Shown piece after piece: positions 8,399-22,829 of a stretch of DNA of 64,000 nucleotides. Source of the stretch: Dehalococcoidia bacterium (GTDB lineage: Bacteria > Chloroflexota > Dehalococcoidia > UBA2979); assembly GCA_965262725.1 (NCBI GenBank), contig OZ253555.1:2336001-2400000 (forward strand), read 5' to 3'. The position numbers and the translations under genes were made by a program. A model generated the notes under the pieces. The model did not search any database and was not told where the DNA came from. It saw nothing but the letters and a program-made list of their open reading frames with translations. How positions within the stretch are numbered: position 1 is the stretch's first letter; each line of letters begins with the position of its first letter.

Positions 8399-11300
8399 CT
8401 AGCCGCCCGCCGCGTCGTCCCGCCCCGGCCCGGCTGCGGGCGGCCGGTCGCTCCTCGCCACCAGGGGGGTCATCGGGCTCAGGCCGCCGGCGTGGAGCGC
8501 GACGAACGACCGGTTCACGAACTCGGGGGCACCGATGATGTAGGGGAGCCAGGCGCCGTCCTCGAGGGCGTAGAGCGTCGCGACGCCGAGGCTTCGGGCG
8601 CAGTCATCGAGCTCCTCCACGCCGCCCCCGCTGTAGACGACGATGCTGAAGCCTGAGGCGACCTCGCCGCGCAGGCAGCCGGTCGAGCCCTGCGCGAGGG
8701 GAGCCTCCGGGGCCGGGTCCCCGCTGGCAGGTCCGCTGCTGCCGGCGATCAGCGCGGTGACGGAGGGGACTCCGTCGGCGAACAGCTCGCCGAAGGCGCG
8801 GTTGACGAACGCGGGGGCCCCGATGATGTAGGGGACCCAGGCGCCGTTGTCGAGGGCATAGAACCTCGCGACGTGGCGGCTCTTAGCGCACTCCTCCAGC
8901 TCCTCGATGCTGCCGCCCTCGAAGAAGACGAGGCTGAAGCCGACGGCGACCGCGCCGCTCAGGCAGTGCGCCCACCCTTCATCGGTCTCGCCCACTCGCA
9001 CCAGGTAGACCGTCGTGCGGCTGCCGTCCTCAGATGTCACCGTGACCGTGATCTCGGGACCGCCCTCGACGGAGACCTGGTGGCCCGCGGCCTCGGGGTC
9101 GGCGTCCGGGGGGTCGACGGCGACCCTCGCGCGTCGCTGCGCGGCCCCGGCCTCCACGGTGGCCTGCGTGACGCCCTCTGCGACCGTCCCCTCGTACTCC
9201 ACCCGCCCCGGCTCGAAGTCGCCGATCTCCACGCCGCTGAGGCTCAGGGAGGCGAGGCGGGCGTCGATCGCGTCGGGCATGTTGTAGGTGTAGACCTTGT
9301 CGTCGCTCTCGTCGGCGACGTACATGACGTCGCCGTCCGACCAGAGGCCGCGCGGGCTGTTGTTGCTGGCGCGGCTCAGCAGCGTGAAGTCCTCGTCCGA
9401 GATGCGTTCGAGCGGGGTCGGCTCGGCGTCCTCCGCCGCGGGCGCGGCCGGCCGCGCCGGCAGGCGGTAGGCGATGAGCCGCTTCAGGCGGTCGTCCGAC
9501 ACCCAGACCGTGGTCCGGTCGGACCAGATGCCGTGGGGAACGTCGTTGGCGGGGTCGAGCCCGTACTCGGCGAGCAACTCGCCAGTGGCGAGGTCGTAGG
9601 CGAAGAGGCCGTCCTTCCCGCCGTCGAGCACCCACATCGTCTCGTCGTCGGACCAGATGCCGCGGGCGTCGCTGTTGCGGGCGGCGAGCGCGAGCTCACG
9701 CTCCTCCTGGCGCTCGCCCGTCATGAGGTGGTAGGCGAAGAGGCGCTCCTGGCCGCTGTCCGACACCCACGCGGTCACCTCGTCCGACCAGACGCCGCGC
9801 GGGGCGCGGTTTGTCTCATGCAGCGCGAACTCGCGCTCCTCGACGCGCTCGCCCGTCGCGAGCTCGTAGGCGTAGACGGCGTCGTCTGAGCCGGAACCGT
9901 TCTCCAGGATCCAGAGCGTCGTGGCGTCGGACCAGAGGCCGGAGGGGGTGTTGTGGCCGCCGTCGAGCTCCTCGATGTCCCGCGTGACCGTCCACTCGAA
10001 GTCCTCGTCACTGGGGGTGGGGCCGGACGACCCGCCTCCGCCTCCGCCTCCGCCTCCGCCGAAGCTGGGGCCCCCTCCTCCGCCCGGCGGGGTTGGCGCA
10101 GCGCTGGTGACCCTGATCGTCACGTCGATCGTCGCCGTGCCGCCGTTGCCGTCGTTCGCGTCGACAATCACCGCGTAGCTCTCCTGGAACGCCGGATCGA
10201 GCACGGCGTTCGGAGCCACCGTGATCTGGCCGGTGTGCTCGGCGATCGCGAACTCCGGCGGGCCGAATACCTGGTACGTGAGCATATCGGCGTCGACGTC
10301 CGTTGCCGCGACGCGGGCGCCGACCCTGGTACCGGCTGACGCGCCCGGCGCGACGGTGCGGGTGGTGGTCGCCGACGGGAACGTCGGGGCGTCGTTCACC
10401 GCTCCGATGTCGACATCGACGGCCGCCCTGGCGGTCAAACCCTTGGAATCTCTCACCTCGTACATCAAGCTGTCTCCGCCCACGTAGTCCTTCCTGGGCG
10501 TGTACGCGACTCTTTGATCACTCTCGACTGTCGCCGTGCCGCTGGGAGGTCTGACAATGTGCACCGTCATGGCGTCGCCATCGTCCGGGTCGAAGTCGTT
10601 ACTCAGGACGTCGATCATGACCCGCTTGTCCTCGAGCGTGCTGACCTGGTCGGTGTCGGCCCTCGGCTGCTCGTTGACGTCGTTCACGGTGACGGTGACC
10701 ATGATCGTGGCGTCGACCGCCGTGCTGATGTCGCCCCGCGCATTCTTCCCGTCGCTGACCTGGACGGTGACCGTGCGGCTCTCCGCGGCTTCGTGGTCGA
10801 GCGCGTCCTTCGTGCGCAGCTGGCCCGTCCCGGCATCAACGCTGAAGGCGGCGCCGCTCTCAGCGATGGAGTAGGTCAGGGTGTCGCCCTCTTCGTCAGT
10901 TGCCGCGACGGGCGCGCCGACTGCCCGGCCCGGCGGCGTGTTCTCGTCGACCGAGCGCAGGCCGGTCTCCGTCGAGGGGAACCGGGGGCGCTGGTTGCGC
11001 CGCAGCACGGCCGTGCCCGACCACGCGCCCGCGCCCTCGCTGTTGGCGGCCCGCACCTCGATGTCGTAGTCGAACTCGTTGTCGATCGAGGAGACGGTGT
11101 GCTCCAGGGCGCCGTCGCCGGTGTTCCAGGCAGTCTCGACATCCCAGTTCGAGTCGGCCCGGTCGGTCTCATCCGCCTCAATGTAGCGTACGTCGTACCT
11201 GGTGATCTCGGCGCCGCCGTTGCGGGCCGGAGCGCTCCACGAGACCGTGAACTCCCCATCTCCGGCAACGACGCTGTCGATGGCGGGAGCGCCGGGCTCG

Positions 11301-14143
11301 ACGGTCATGGTTTGCCCCTGTGCGACCTCGGACCATGGTCCCGCGCCGGCGCTGTTGACCGCGCGGACCTGCACGTCGTAGCCGACATCCAGGGTCAGGC
11401 CGGACAGCTCGTAGACGAGGTCGCCGGCGCTCCAGATCCGCATCTTCGGCGTCCAGTGCTCGTCCTCCCTGTCCGTTGCGTCGGTGCGGATGTAGCGCAG
11501 GTCGTAGCTCGTGATCGCGGAGGCGCCGATGTCCTCGGGCGCCTCCCAGCCGATGGTGAGGTAGGTGTCGCCCGGCCCGACGGAGGCGATCGCGGGATGG
11601 CGGGGCTTCAGGCCATGGCCGCGGATCGTCAGGCTCCAGCCCGCCAGCGTTCCGTCGTCTGGCAGGCTCGGATCCTTCACCGTCAGCGTCCATGTACCCT
11701 CGGGGTCCTCACCGAGATGACGCGCGGAGCCGAGGTCGATCGGGCTTCGCAGTTCCTGCGGAAGCAGCAACTGCCAGATGTCCCCGGCTGTCCCGGCCAG
11801 GAGCCTGGAGCTGGCTCCCGATGGCGCGATCAGGTCGATCGTCAGTTCCCTGAACTTGTCGTGGTCGATGTCGAGGTTGACGGTGACGTACTCGATGAAC
11901 TCGATGTGGTCACCCGCGATAGCGAGAGTCGTCGTGAAGGTGTTGTTGTCGAGCGACTGGCTCATGGGTGCAGACGTGATCGTCAGCGTTCGGAGGGCGG
12001 GCAGTCCGGGCCATGTCTGCGCCAGCGCTACGGCGGCGCCGGCATCGATCACCCCGAAGCCGTAGGTGTGGTTGTAGTTGTACCGTGCGCTGGTCGAGCC
12101 GTACCGCAGCGCTCCCACTTCCCAGCCACTGTGCGAGGTGTGGTTCTTGCGCGCCGTGGCCGCGATGATGAGCCTGGCGTCGCGCCAGGTCAGCTCAAGG
12201 TTGGCGGCCCGCATGAGCGCTACGACTCCGGACACTAGGGGAGCCGATGCCGAGGTGCCCCCGAACGCATCGGTGTAACCGCCGTTCGTGGTCGTCGCGA
12301 TCTGCGGCAAGTCGCTGTATCGCTCATTCGACGGGGCACAAACCCAGAGGTTGGGTCCCCTCACGGAGCGCGGGCTGCGCACATCCCTGTAGTTGACGGC
12401 GCAGACCGTGACCACGCCGTAGTGGCTGTTGATTTCGCTGAGGTTGGAATAGTCGTTGTCGCCGCCGTTGCCGGCACCGAAGACGTACACCGTCCCCTTT
12501 CCGCCGAAGCCCTCGGAGAGCCCGCGCTCGATTGCGCTGGGCCAGGCTGCCCCGGTCAGCTTCGGAGCCCCGTCGCCCCCGAACCCCCAGCTGTTGTTGC
12601 TCACGGCAGTCTGCGCCAGATGCAGCAGCGCGGCCTCGGCCGCCAGCGCCTGGTTGCGCGCCACGTCACTCGAGAACGCTTCGACCACGTTGGAGCCGTA
12701 GATGGAGGATCGAGGCGCGACCCCGACCATGCCGAAGCCGTTGTCCCGCGCCGCGATCAGACCTGCCACGCTCGTACCGTGGCTCTGGCGTTGTCGGAAA
12801 AAGGTTCGGGCAGGCGTGTGGTTCTGGTCTGGCAGGATGTTGTCCCGCAGGTCCGGGTGATCGAGCTGGAACCCGCCGTCGATGACCGCGACCGTCACCC
12901 CCGCGCCCTTGGTGATTTCCCAGGCCGCCTCCACGTTGATGTCCTGGCGCGCGCCCCCGGCTTGCAGGTTCCCCGTGTTCTTGAGGTGCCACTGGCAGCC
13001 CGAGAGCGGCTCGCCCAGGAGCGAGGGCAGCTTTGTGCAGCGATCCTGCAGATCCTGGTTGCCGGCCGAGAAGCCCACCTTCAGGGTGTACCGGCCGCCT
13101 GAGCGCGCCGCCGCCTCCGCCACGTGAACCACGTACGTCCCGGGTGTCAGGAACGCGGTCGCTTCGAAGGCGACATGATCCTTGTTGATCTCCGACCAGT
13201 AGGATTGCGGGAGGACGTACGTGTCGACCTCCTGGTCGCTGCTGTTGCGGATGGTCGGCGTCAGGGCGAGCAACGCGCCCTGGATCGCGATCGCGCGGAG
13301 CTTCACCCACGAATCCCCCGCCACGGTGAGCTGGAAGTAGTCGTCCGCGCTGGTCGCGTCCACGCGGCCCCCGTATACGCCACCGAGACTGACAGGCGTC
13401 GCCGTGGCGGCCGTGCTGCCCGGATCGTGCACAGCCCGAATGTGGAGGGAGTACGAGCCGGTGGGCCGGCCGTTGCGGGTGCTGCTCGCAACCCTGAGGT
13501 AATAGGTCCCTGCGTTCACCGACCGACGGATGGCGAAGTCCAGCCCCACCTGCGGCTCGGCGTAGCTGTTCGATGTGATCGTTCGGCCGTTGCTGTCCTG
13601 CAGCGAGCCCTCCGTATCGACGCCCCCGGTGGTGTAGAACCAGAGATCGACCGCCTCCGTCAGCACGAGTTTGAACAGGTCCACATCCCCCTCGATATGG
13701 ATCTGAGACGGGATGGTCGAATTGAGCTGCACCGGCGTCGCCTCGGTGCGCCCGGAACTGTGGTCGTGGGGCTGTTCCGTGACGGTCCGGGAGCCGCTCG
13801 CGCCGTCGGTGTTGACCGCCCGCACCTGCACGTCGTACCGGGCGTTGTCGCCCAGGCCTGGGATGACGTGCTGGAGCGTGCCCGACGGTGAGATGCGGCT
13901 CACCACGGTCCAGCTGCCGTCCGACTTGTCGCTGGCGCTGCTCAGGATGTAACGCACGTCGTAGGAGGTGATGGCGGAGCCGCCGGTGTTGGCGGGTGCG
14001 GCCCACGAGACGGTGAGGGAGCCGCCGCCGGCGGTCAGCGAGGTGGCGGTCGGCGCGCCCGGCGCCGTCTGCGCAGCCGCGCGTTCAGCGGGGGCCGTGA
14101 CGCAGAGCGCGACAACGATCGCCAGCAGCGCCGCCCACCTCAC
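8399..14143 (-). CDS. Giant secreted protein 1 (1914 aa): signal peptide, FN3, PPC-like domains, kexin-like S8 protease + P domain, FN3, cadherin/Ig repeats, poly-Gly, shared C-terminal module
   Basis: Catalytic motifs VAVIDGG / HGTSVAGLIAA / GAGNGG / GGTSASAP. P domain (IEYVTVNLDIDH..GTWTLTVKD). FN3 motifs (W..P...GG..IT.YD). Cadherin motifs (VDENTP..VAATD..DHE). Confidence 0.9.
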   Translation of the reverse strand: MRWAALLAIVVALCVTAPAERAAAQTAPGAPTATSLTAGGGSLTVSWAAPANTGGSAITSYDVRYILSSASDKSDGSWTVVSRISPSGTLQHVIPGLGDNARYDVQVRAVNTDGASGSRTVTEQPHDHSSGRTEATPVQLNSTIPSQIHIEGDVDLFKLVLTEAVDLWFYTTGGVDTEGSLQDSNGRTITSNSYAEPQVGLDFAIRRSVNAGTYYLRVASSTRNGRPTGSYSLHIRAVHDPGSTAATATPVSLGGVYGGRVDATSADDYFQLTVAGDSWVKLRAIAIQGALLALTPTIRNSSDQEVDTYVLPQSYWSEINKDHVAFEATAFLTPGTYVVHVAEAAARSGGRYTLKVGFSAGNQDLQDRCTKLPSLLGEPLSGCQWHLKNTGNLQAGGARQDINVEAAWEITKGAGVTVAVIDGGFQLDHPDLRDNILPDQNHTPARTFFRQRQSHGTSVAGLIAARDNGFGMVGVAPRSSIYGSNVVEAFSSDVARNQALAAEAALLHLAQTAVSNNSWGFGGDGAPKLTGAAWPSAIERGLSEGFGGKGTVYVFGAGNGGDNDYSNLSEINSHYGVVTVCAVNYRDVRSPRSVRGPNLWVCAPSNERYSDLPQIATTTNGGYTDAFGGTSASAPLVSGVVALMRAANLELTWRDARLIIAATARKNHTSHSGWEVGALRYGSTSARYNYNHTYGFGVIDAGAAVALAQTWPGLPALRTLTITSAPMSQSLDNNTFTTTLAIAGDHIEFIEYVTVNLDIDHDKFRELTIDLIAPSGASSRLLAGTAGDIWQLLLPQELRSPIDLGSARHLGEDPEGTWTLTVKDPSLPDDGTLAGWSLTIRGHGLKPRHPAIASVGPGDTYLTIGWEAPEDIGASAITSYDLRYIRTDATDREDEHWTPKMRIWSAGDLVYELSGLTLDVGYDVQVRAVNSAGAGPWSEVAQGQTMTVEPGAPAIDSVVAGDGEFTVSWSAPARNGGAEITRYDVRYIEADETDRADSNWDVETAWNTGDGALEHTVSSIDNEFDYDIEVRAANSEGAGAWSGTAVLRRNQRPRFPSTETGLRSVDENTPPGRAVGAPVAATDEEGDTLTYSIAESGAAFSVDAGTGQLRTKDALDHEAAESRTVTVQVSDGKNARGDISTAVDATIMVTVTVNDVNEQPRADTDQVSTLEDKRVMIDVLSNDFDPDDGDAMTVHIVRPPSGTATVESDQRVAYTPRKDYVGGDSLMYEVRDSKGLTARAAVDVDIGAVNDAPTFPSATTTRTVAPGASAGTRVGARVAATDVDADMLTYQVFGPPEFAIAEHTGQITVAPNAVLDPAFQESYAVIVDANDGNGGTATIDVTIRVTSAAPTPPGGGGGPSFGGGGGGGGGGSSGPTPSDEDFEWTVTRDIEELDGGHNTPSGLWSDATTLWILENGSGSDDAVYAYELATGERVEEREFALHETNRAPRGVWSDEVTAWVSDSGQERLFAYHLMTGERQEERELALAARNSDARGIWSDDETMWVLDGGKDGLFAYDLATGELLAEYGLDPANDVPHGIWSDRTTVWVSDDRLKRLIAYRLPARPAAPAAEDAEPTPLERISDEDFTLLSRASNNSPRGLWSDGDVMYVADESDDKVYTYNMPDAIDARLASLSLSGVEIGDFEPGRVEYEGTVAEGVTQATVEAGAAQRRARVAVDPPDADPEAAGHQVSVEGGPEITVTVTSEDGSRTTVYLVRVGETDEGWAHCLSGAVAVGFSLVFFEGGSIEELEECAKSRHVARFYALDNGAWVPYIIGAPAFVNRAFGELFADGVPSVTALIAGSSGPASGDPAPEAPLAQGSTGCLRGEVASGFSIVVYSGGGVEELDDCARSLGVATLYALEDGAWLPYIIGAPEFVNRSFVALHAGGLSPMTPLVARSDRPPAAGPGRDDAAGG

Positions 14144-14373
14144 CGGGCAGGGACATCCGCGCGCTCACACGGGCCGCGATGCAGGCGCCGCCGCCCCGCG
14201 CGGGCGGTCTCAAGACCGCCCACCTGATCACCACCGACCACGTCATTGAGTTCGGAGTCGAGGTCGAACGCGGGCGGGCTCGGCGTCCCAGCCAGGGGCT
14301 CGACCTGCTCGTTGCCGCTGACGTCGCCGTCGGGTGCCAAGACAGGGGCCTTCAACTAGTGGCTGCGCCACTC

Positions 14374-14573
14374 GATTCTGCCATTCCCCTACGGTGATGA
14401 GATAGGTGAAAACGATTAGTCTGGACTAGGCGTAGTGCTCGCTTAGGAATCGGCACTTGGCCTATTGTGGTTGGTACTTTGTGCTCTCGTATCTCATGAG
14501 CAGTCGATGTAAGTTGTCACTGGTAAGAGTCGCGAGATTGCACGGCTCTCGGTGCGGTATTCGATCTGTCATG
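14374..14573. promoter_or_regulatory. Conserved ~200-bp non-coding element, copy 1 (between giant gene 1 and the divergent kinase gene)
   Basis: Aligns without gaps to 23384 onward; hand count 124/174 identical. AT-richer than surroundings. Confidence 0.6.
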
Positions 14574-14617
14574 TCAAGGCGCATCCAAGCAGGTAACTCG
14601 GGACCGGGAGACGTGGC

Positions 14618-15838
14618 TTGCTGAAGACTGGCATGGAAGCCATAGAGAAGTGGGTGACGCCAGGCACTTTGACCGACCCGGACGTCGTTCTGCATGCGGC
14701 AAGGATCTCTGTCTGGGGTCGCTGGTTCGTCTGGCTGGTCGGTGTCTTCCTGCTGGCCTACCGGCCGGGCTTCTGGTACCCCGACGACATCGGATTCCTG
14801 TCCATACCTGTGCTGCTGGGGATCTTCAACGGCCTTGTGCACCATCGGCTCCTGACGAACAGGCCGGTGACGTGGCGCTGGATGCTCTTCCTCAGCGCCA
14901 CGGAGATCGCCCTGATCACCGCCGGCATCGTCATCGGCGGCGGATTCAGGAGCTTCATCTTCCTGGCCTACTATCCGTCCCTCGCCGTCTTTGCCGTGGT
15001 CTTCTCGTCCCATTCGCTCAGTCTCGCTTGGACGACGGCGGTCGCCGTTGCTTACGCTGCCGTGTGCGTGCGGGTGGGCTCCGGTCTCGACCTCGATGCC
15101 GGCAACGAGAAGGTGCTGATCGCCAGGCTGGCGATGATGTACACCATCGTGCTGGGCATCAGTCTCATCATCCGGTTCGAACGCATCAGGTGGCAGACGT
15201 CGGTGGCAAGGGAGCGGGGGCTGCGGCGGGAACGCATCGAGCTCTCGCAGACGATTCACGACACGACCGCGCAGACCGCCTACATGGTTGACCTGGGGAT
15301 TCACAGGGCCCGGGAACTGGCCGGCGAGTCGAACGAGGCCCTGGTGGCCGCCCTGGATGCAACGTCCGCGCTGACACGGTCGGCCATGTGGGAGGTGAGG
15401 GGCCCCATCGACGCGGGCCACATCCTGGAGGGCAGGGAACTGGGACGGGTCTTGTGGTCGCACTGTGCGACCTTTGAAAAGATCACGGGCGTCCCTGCCG
15501 AGATGTCGCAGTCGGGAACCGAGCCCCCTCTGACCACGGAGACCCGAACCCGTCTCTTCTCCATCGCGCACAACGCGCTGACCAACGCCTTCCTGCACGC
15601 CCGGCCCGGGAGAGTCGAGGTCAGGTTGGGCTTCGAGGCCGACCAGATCAGGCTCTCCGTCTCCGACGATGGAGTGGGTCTTCCCGACGGCTACGCCGAA
15701 CGCGGGCGGGGCTTCAGCGGGATGAGGTCGGACGCCGAGCAGGTGGGTGGAGTGCTCAGCGTGGAGAGCGGCGAGGGGGCAGGAGGAACGACCATCTCCT
15801 GCGTGGTCCCACATGTCGCGGATCAAAGAGGAGGCTGA
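14618..15838 (+). CDS. Membrane sensor histidine kinase (HisKA_3 + HATPase_c), paralog 1
   Basis: Several TM helices; H-box ELSQTIHDTTAQ; N-box AHNALTNAFLHA; G1 SDDGVG. Confidence 0.92.
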   Translation: MLKTGMEAIEKWVTPGTLTDPDVVLHAARISVWGRWFVWLVGVFLLAYRPGFWYPDDIGFLSIPVLLGIFNGLVHHRLLTNRPVTWRWMLFLSATEIALITAGIVIGGGFRSFIFLAYYPSLAVFAVVFSSHSLSLAWTTAVAVAYAAVCVRVGSGLDLDAGNEKVLIARLAMMYTIVLGISLIIRFERIRWQTSVARERGLRRERIELSQTIHDTTAQTAYMVDLGIHRARELAGESNEALVAALDATSALTRSAMWEVRGPIDAGHILEGRELGRVLWSHCATFEKITGVPAEMSQSGTEPPLTTETRTRLFSIAHNALTNAFLHARPGRVEVRLGFEADQIRLSVSDDGVGLPDGYAERGRGFSGMRSDAEQVGGVLSVESGEGAGGTTISCVVPHVADQRGG

Positions 15839-15839
15839 G

Positions 15840-16541
15840 ATGTCTACAGCAGATCGGACACGGGTGATGGTGGTGGACGACCATCCGCTCATGCGGAACG
15901 CCTTGCGGGACGTGCTGGAAGCATCGGGCCGCTTCGAGGTGGTGGGAGAGGCTGGAGATGGAGAGGAGGCGGTGAGGGCCGCCGACGAGCTGGAACCGGA
16001 GGTCATCGTCATGGATGTGATCATGCCGGGCAAGGACGGCATCGATGCCTGCCGGGAGATCATGGAGCTCTTGCCCGGCACGCGGGTCATGATGCTGACG
16101 GCTTCGACCGAAGAGGATGCGGTGGTAGAGGCGGTTGCCGCCGGCGCGACGGGCTACCTTCAGAAGCATTCACGACCGGAGGAGTTGGTGGCAATCCTTC
16201 TGGATGTGGCCGAGGGTCGGCTACGCTTTCCTGACATCGCAGTGAGGCGGGTCTTCGCGATGATCCGCGGCGAGCGCAGGCTCGTGGCCCCTCAGCCTTC
16301 GGTCAAGCTGACGGCGCTGGAACTGGAGACCCTGACGCTGTTCGCCCGCGGCACGTCTTACACCGCAATCGCCGCGGCGAGGGAGAAGAGCAAGGTGACC
16401 GTCCGCAATACCCTCTACCGCATCCAGGACAAGCTGGGCATCGGGACGAAACAGGAACTCGTGATCTGGGCTGTGCGGCACGGCCTGGTGGACGACGTCG
16501 TGGTGGGTGTTGACTCCGAGCCAGTGCCGGAGGGGCAGTGA
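15840..16541 (+). CDS. NarL/LuxR-family response regulator, paralog 1
   Basis: RVMVVDDH, VMDVIMP, GATGYLQK receiver motifs and a C-terminal HTH. ATG 15840 with GAGGAGG upstream, 1 nt after the kinase stop. Confidence 0.93.
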   Translation: MSTADRTRVMVVDDHPLMRNALRDVLEASGRFEVVGEAGDGEEAVRAADELEPEVIVMDVIMPGKDGIDACREIMELLPGTRVMMLTASTEEDAVVEAVAAGATGYLQKHSRPEELVAILLDVAEGRLRFPDIAVRRVFAMIRGERRLVAPQPSVKLTALELETLTLFARGTSYTAIAAAREKSKVTVRNTLYRIQDKLGIGTKQELVIWAVRHGLVDDVVVGVDSEPVPEGQ

Positions 16542-16709
16542 ACCAGCCGGCGTCCAGCGGGGCAGATCCCTCGTGTGCGGTTCCGCAGCGGCCTCTCGTG
16601 AGCGTGAGCGTGCGGGGTCTGAGGAGGCCATGCCGCTGAGCCTGAGGACGCTGGCCGAGACCCGCGGCCGGCCGGCGCTGTGCGCTGCTGTCAGCGCTGG
16701 CCGACGCGC

Positions 16710-17162
16710 CTACCGGCCACTCTCCTTCATCGACCCCTCCATGTGCAGGTCCTCGAGGTCGAAGAGCGTGCAGACCACCTCGCGATCGCCAGCGTCCTCC
16801 CACGAGTCACGGCTGGGGAAGAGCGTGTGAATGTCAAGCAGCGGGTTGGCGTAGGTTTCCCCCACGTACTCGTCGAAGTCGTCGAGGCACGGGCTGAACG
16901 CGACGGACTCGAGCTGTGTGGACCCTGGGAACCGCGCATCGTTGGGCGCCTCGACATCGATAGCCGCGAATACCTCGTACCGGTGCGGCTCGTCGCAGTC
17001 GACGAGTCCGACGTTCTCGACCTCGTCCCCGCCCCCTGGTTGAAGCAGTCTCCCACCCTTCAACGAGAACACGTGTCCCTCGCCGGAGCACGCGACAATC
17101 AAGACGGTGAGCACCGCCAGAGCCGCGATCGGTCCGCCAGGAGCACGGATCGCGACCACCAC
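16710..17162 (-). CDS. Septum-formation-family-like lipoprotein (local compensated frameshift)
   Basis: Lipobox IVAC; VDCDEPHRYEVF..FPG..C...F..YVG..PS..SW..GDREVVC pattern. The expected VGDCF motif lies in another frame at about 17040-17056. Confidence 0.7.
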   Translation of the reverse strand: MVVAIRAPGGPIAALAVLTVLIVACSGEGHVFSLKGGRLLQPGGGDEVENVGLVDCDEPHRYEVFAAIDVEAPNDARFPGSTQLESVAFSPCLDDFDEYVGETYANPLLDIHTLFPSRDSWEDAGDREVVCTLFDLEDLHMEGSMKESGR

Positions 17163-17343
17163 CAGCGGGCCTCGCTGGCCTCGTCGCGCGGGGTGTCGGA
17201 TTCGTACTGGACTGAGTGGTACGTCATCGGCAGTTCCGCTGCGGTAAGCGGTCCCTCAGCGTCACACCGCGCGGGGGCGCCGGCATCGCGGCCCACCTCA
17301 CCGTGGAAGGACATCCGTCCGCTCCGGTCCGGTCCGGGCGGCT

Positions 17344-18606
17344 CTACTCGAGGCTGATGGGCACGATCGCCTGCTCGACGATCGCGCCGCCGACATACGC
17401 CCAGATGCCCACGTGACCGTTCGTCACGTCCCCGTCGGCGTTCCAGTCGAGGGTCGTCGCCGCGCCCTCGTAGTTGACGTCGTTCCCGTCGCGCACGGCC
17501 TCGAGGCCCCCCTCGATGCCCGCGGCTCCGGGGAGCACGGCGAGGCCGGGAGGCGAGGCCACGCTCACCAGCGCATCGCGGAGGGCGGCTCCCTCGAGGG
17601 AGCCGGCGGCCTCCGCGGCGAGCGCGATCGCGATCGTGGCGTCGTAGGCCTCCCGCACGAACGGGAGGGACGGCAGGTCGCCGAAGGCGGCGATGTAGGC
17701 CTGGTTCCACGCCTGCGAGGCCTCTGTGTCGGGGGAGGCGGGAGCGGTGCCGGGCGAGCCCTCGAGGAACTCCGCTCCGATCGCCTCGACGAGATCCTCG
17801 CTCTTCGTGCCGTCGACGAAGACGAACCTCTCGAAGAGACCGCTCTCGAGCGCCTCGCGGATGTAGACCTTCGCCTGCGCGGGGAAGCTGATCGCGACCA
17901 GGTGCTGGGCGCCTCCGCGGGCCGCCTGCTGCAGCTCGGCGAGGTAGGAAGGCTGTCCGTCCTCGTGCGACACCAACGTCGCCGTGCCGGTGAAGCTCGC
18001 CGCGAATCCGTCGGCGAGGCCCTGCCCGTAGGCGTCGTTGAGGTAGAGCACGGCGACGTTGTCGATGCCGATCGTGCTCACCATCTGGGCAAGCACGGGC
18101 GCCTGTGCCGCGTCGGAGATCGTGCTCCGGAAGAGGAAGCCGTCGTCCTCGGCCACCGTCACGGAGGGAGAGGTGGCCGACGGCGAGATCGTGGGCACGC
18201 CGGCCGCGCCCGTCACGCTCTCCGCGACGGCGATCGTCACCGAACTCGAGAGCGGCCCGACGATCGCGTGCACGCCCTCGACCTCCACGAGGCGCCGCGC
18301 CTCTTCGACGCCGATGTTCGTATCGACCTGCGTGTCGCCGGTGACGAGGACGACGTTGCGGCCGTTCACGCCGCCGGCGTCGTTGACGTGCTGGATCGCG
18401 AGCTCGACGGCCATCTGGAGCGCGGGCCCGAACTCGGCCAGCGGACCGGTGAAATCGCCGAGGAAGCCGATCTTCAGCTCTTCGCCTTCCTGCTCGTCGC
18501 TTTCCTCGCCGCAGGCCGGGGCCAGCGCCATGGCCATCGCGGCCGCGGCAACGAGCAGGACGGCCGCGATCCGCGCGAGTCCGCGCCGGCTGCGAATGTC
18601 GAGCAT
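17344..18606 (-). CDS. Branched-chain amino-acid-type ABC substrate-binding lipoprotein (LivK-like), no permease nearby
   Basis: Lipoprotein-type signal ending APAC; KIGFLGDFTG, VNDAGGVNGR, ISPSATSP, FRSTISDAAQ, YDA motifs. Confidence 0.9.
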   Translation of the reverse strand: MLDIRSRRGLARIAAVLLVAAAAMAMALAPACGEESDEQEGEELKIGFLGDFTGPLAEFGPALQMAVELAIQHVNDAGGVNGRNVVLVTGDTQVDTNIGVEEARRLVEVEGVHAIVGPLSSSVTIAVAESVTGAAGVPTISPSATSPSVTVAEDDGFLFRSTISDAAQAPVLAQMVSTIGIDNVAVLYLNDAYGQGLADGFAASFTGTATLVSHEDGQPSYLAELQQAARGGAQHLVAISFPAQAKVYIREALESGLFERFVFVDGTKSEDLVEAIGAEFLEGSPGTAPASPDTEASQAWNQAYIAAFGDLPSLPFVREAYDATIAIALAAEAAGSLEGAALRDALVSVASPPGLAVLPGAAGIEGGLEAVRDGNDVNYEGAATTLDWNADGDVTNGHVGIWAYVGGAIVEQAIVPISLE

Positions 18607-18893
18607 CGAAGGCTCCCCCCTGATAGACCGGGAAGCGACTCGGGAACGCTCCCGCAGTCTTCGACCGTTCTGATGCTACGTGCGCCGCGAGGGCACCGGC
18701 AGGTCGCATCACACCAATCTGCCATGGCGGAAGTGATCGGCGATGTGGGTACAGGTGAACGCTGCCAGGTCTTGCGGATGGCCCAGTGCTCCGCATGGCG
18801 CTCGAGCGACCCAGCCGTCGTGCTGGCCGGGCAGCAGCTCCGGCGGTCAGGCGCGAGCGGCCGATGCAGGCGCCGCACCCCGCACCCGGGGAG

Positions 18894-22829
<3,936 letters not shown>

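Noticed and set aside
14140-14355. 71-aa ORF overlapping the start of giant gene 1 as a second chaperone
   Set aside because: Same GTGA overlap but no visible similarity to the 42624..43610 product; left unannotated.
14462-14572. 36-aa minus-strand peptide ORF (MTDRIPH...KYQPQ) as a pheromone for kinase 1
   Set aside because: No RBS, and the homologous copy at 23.5 kb has a 1-nt indel and an in-frame TGA, so coding is not supported.
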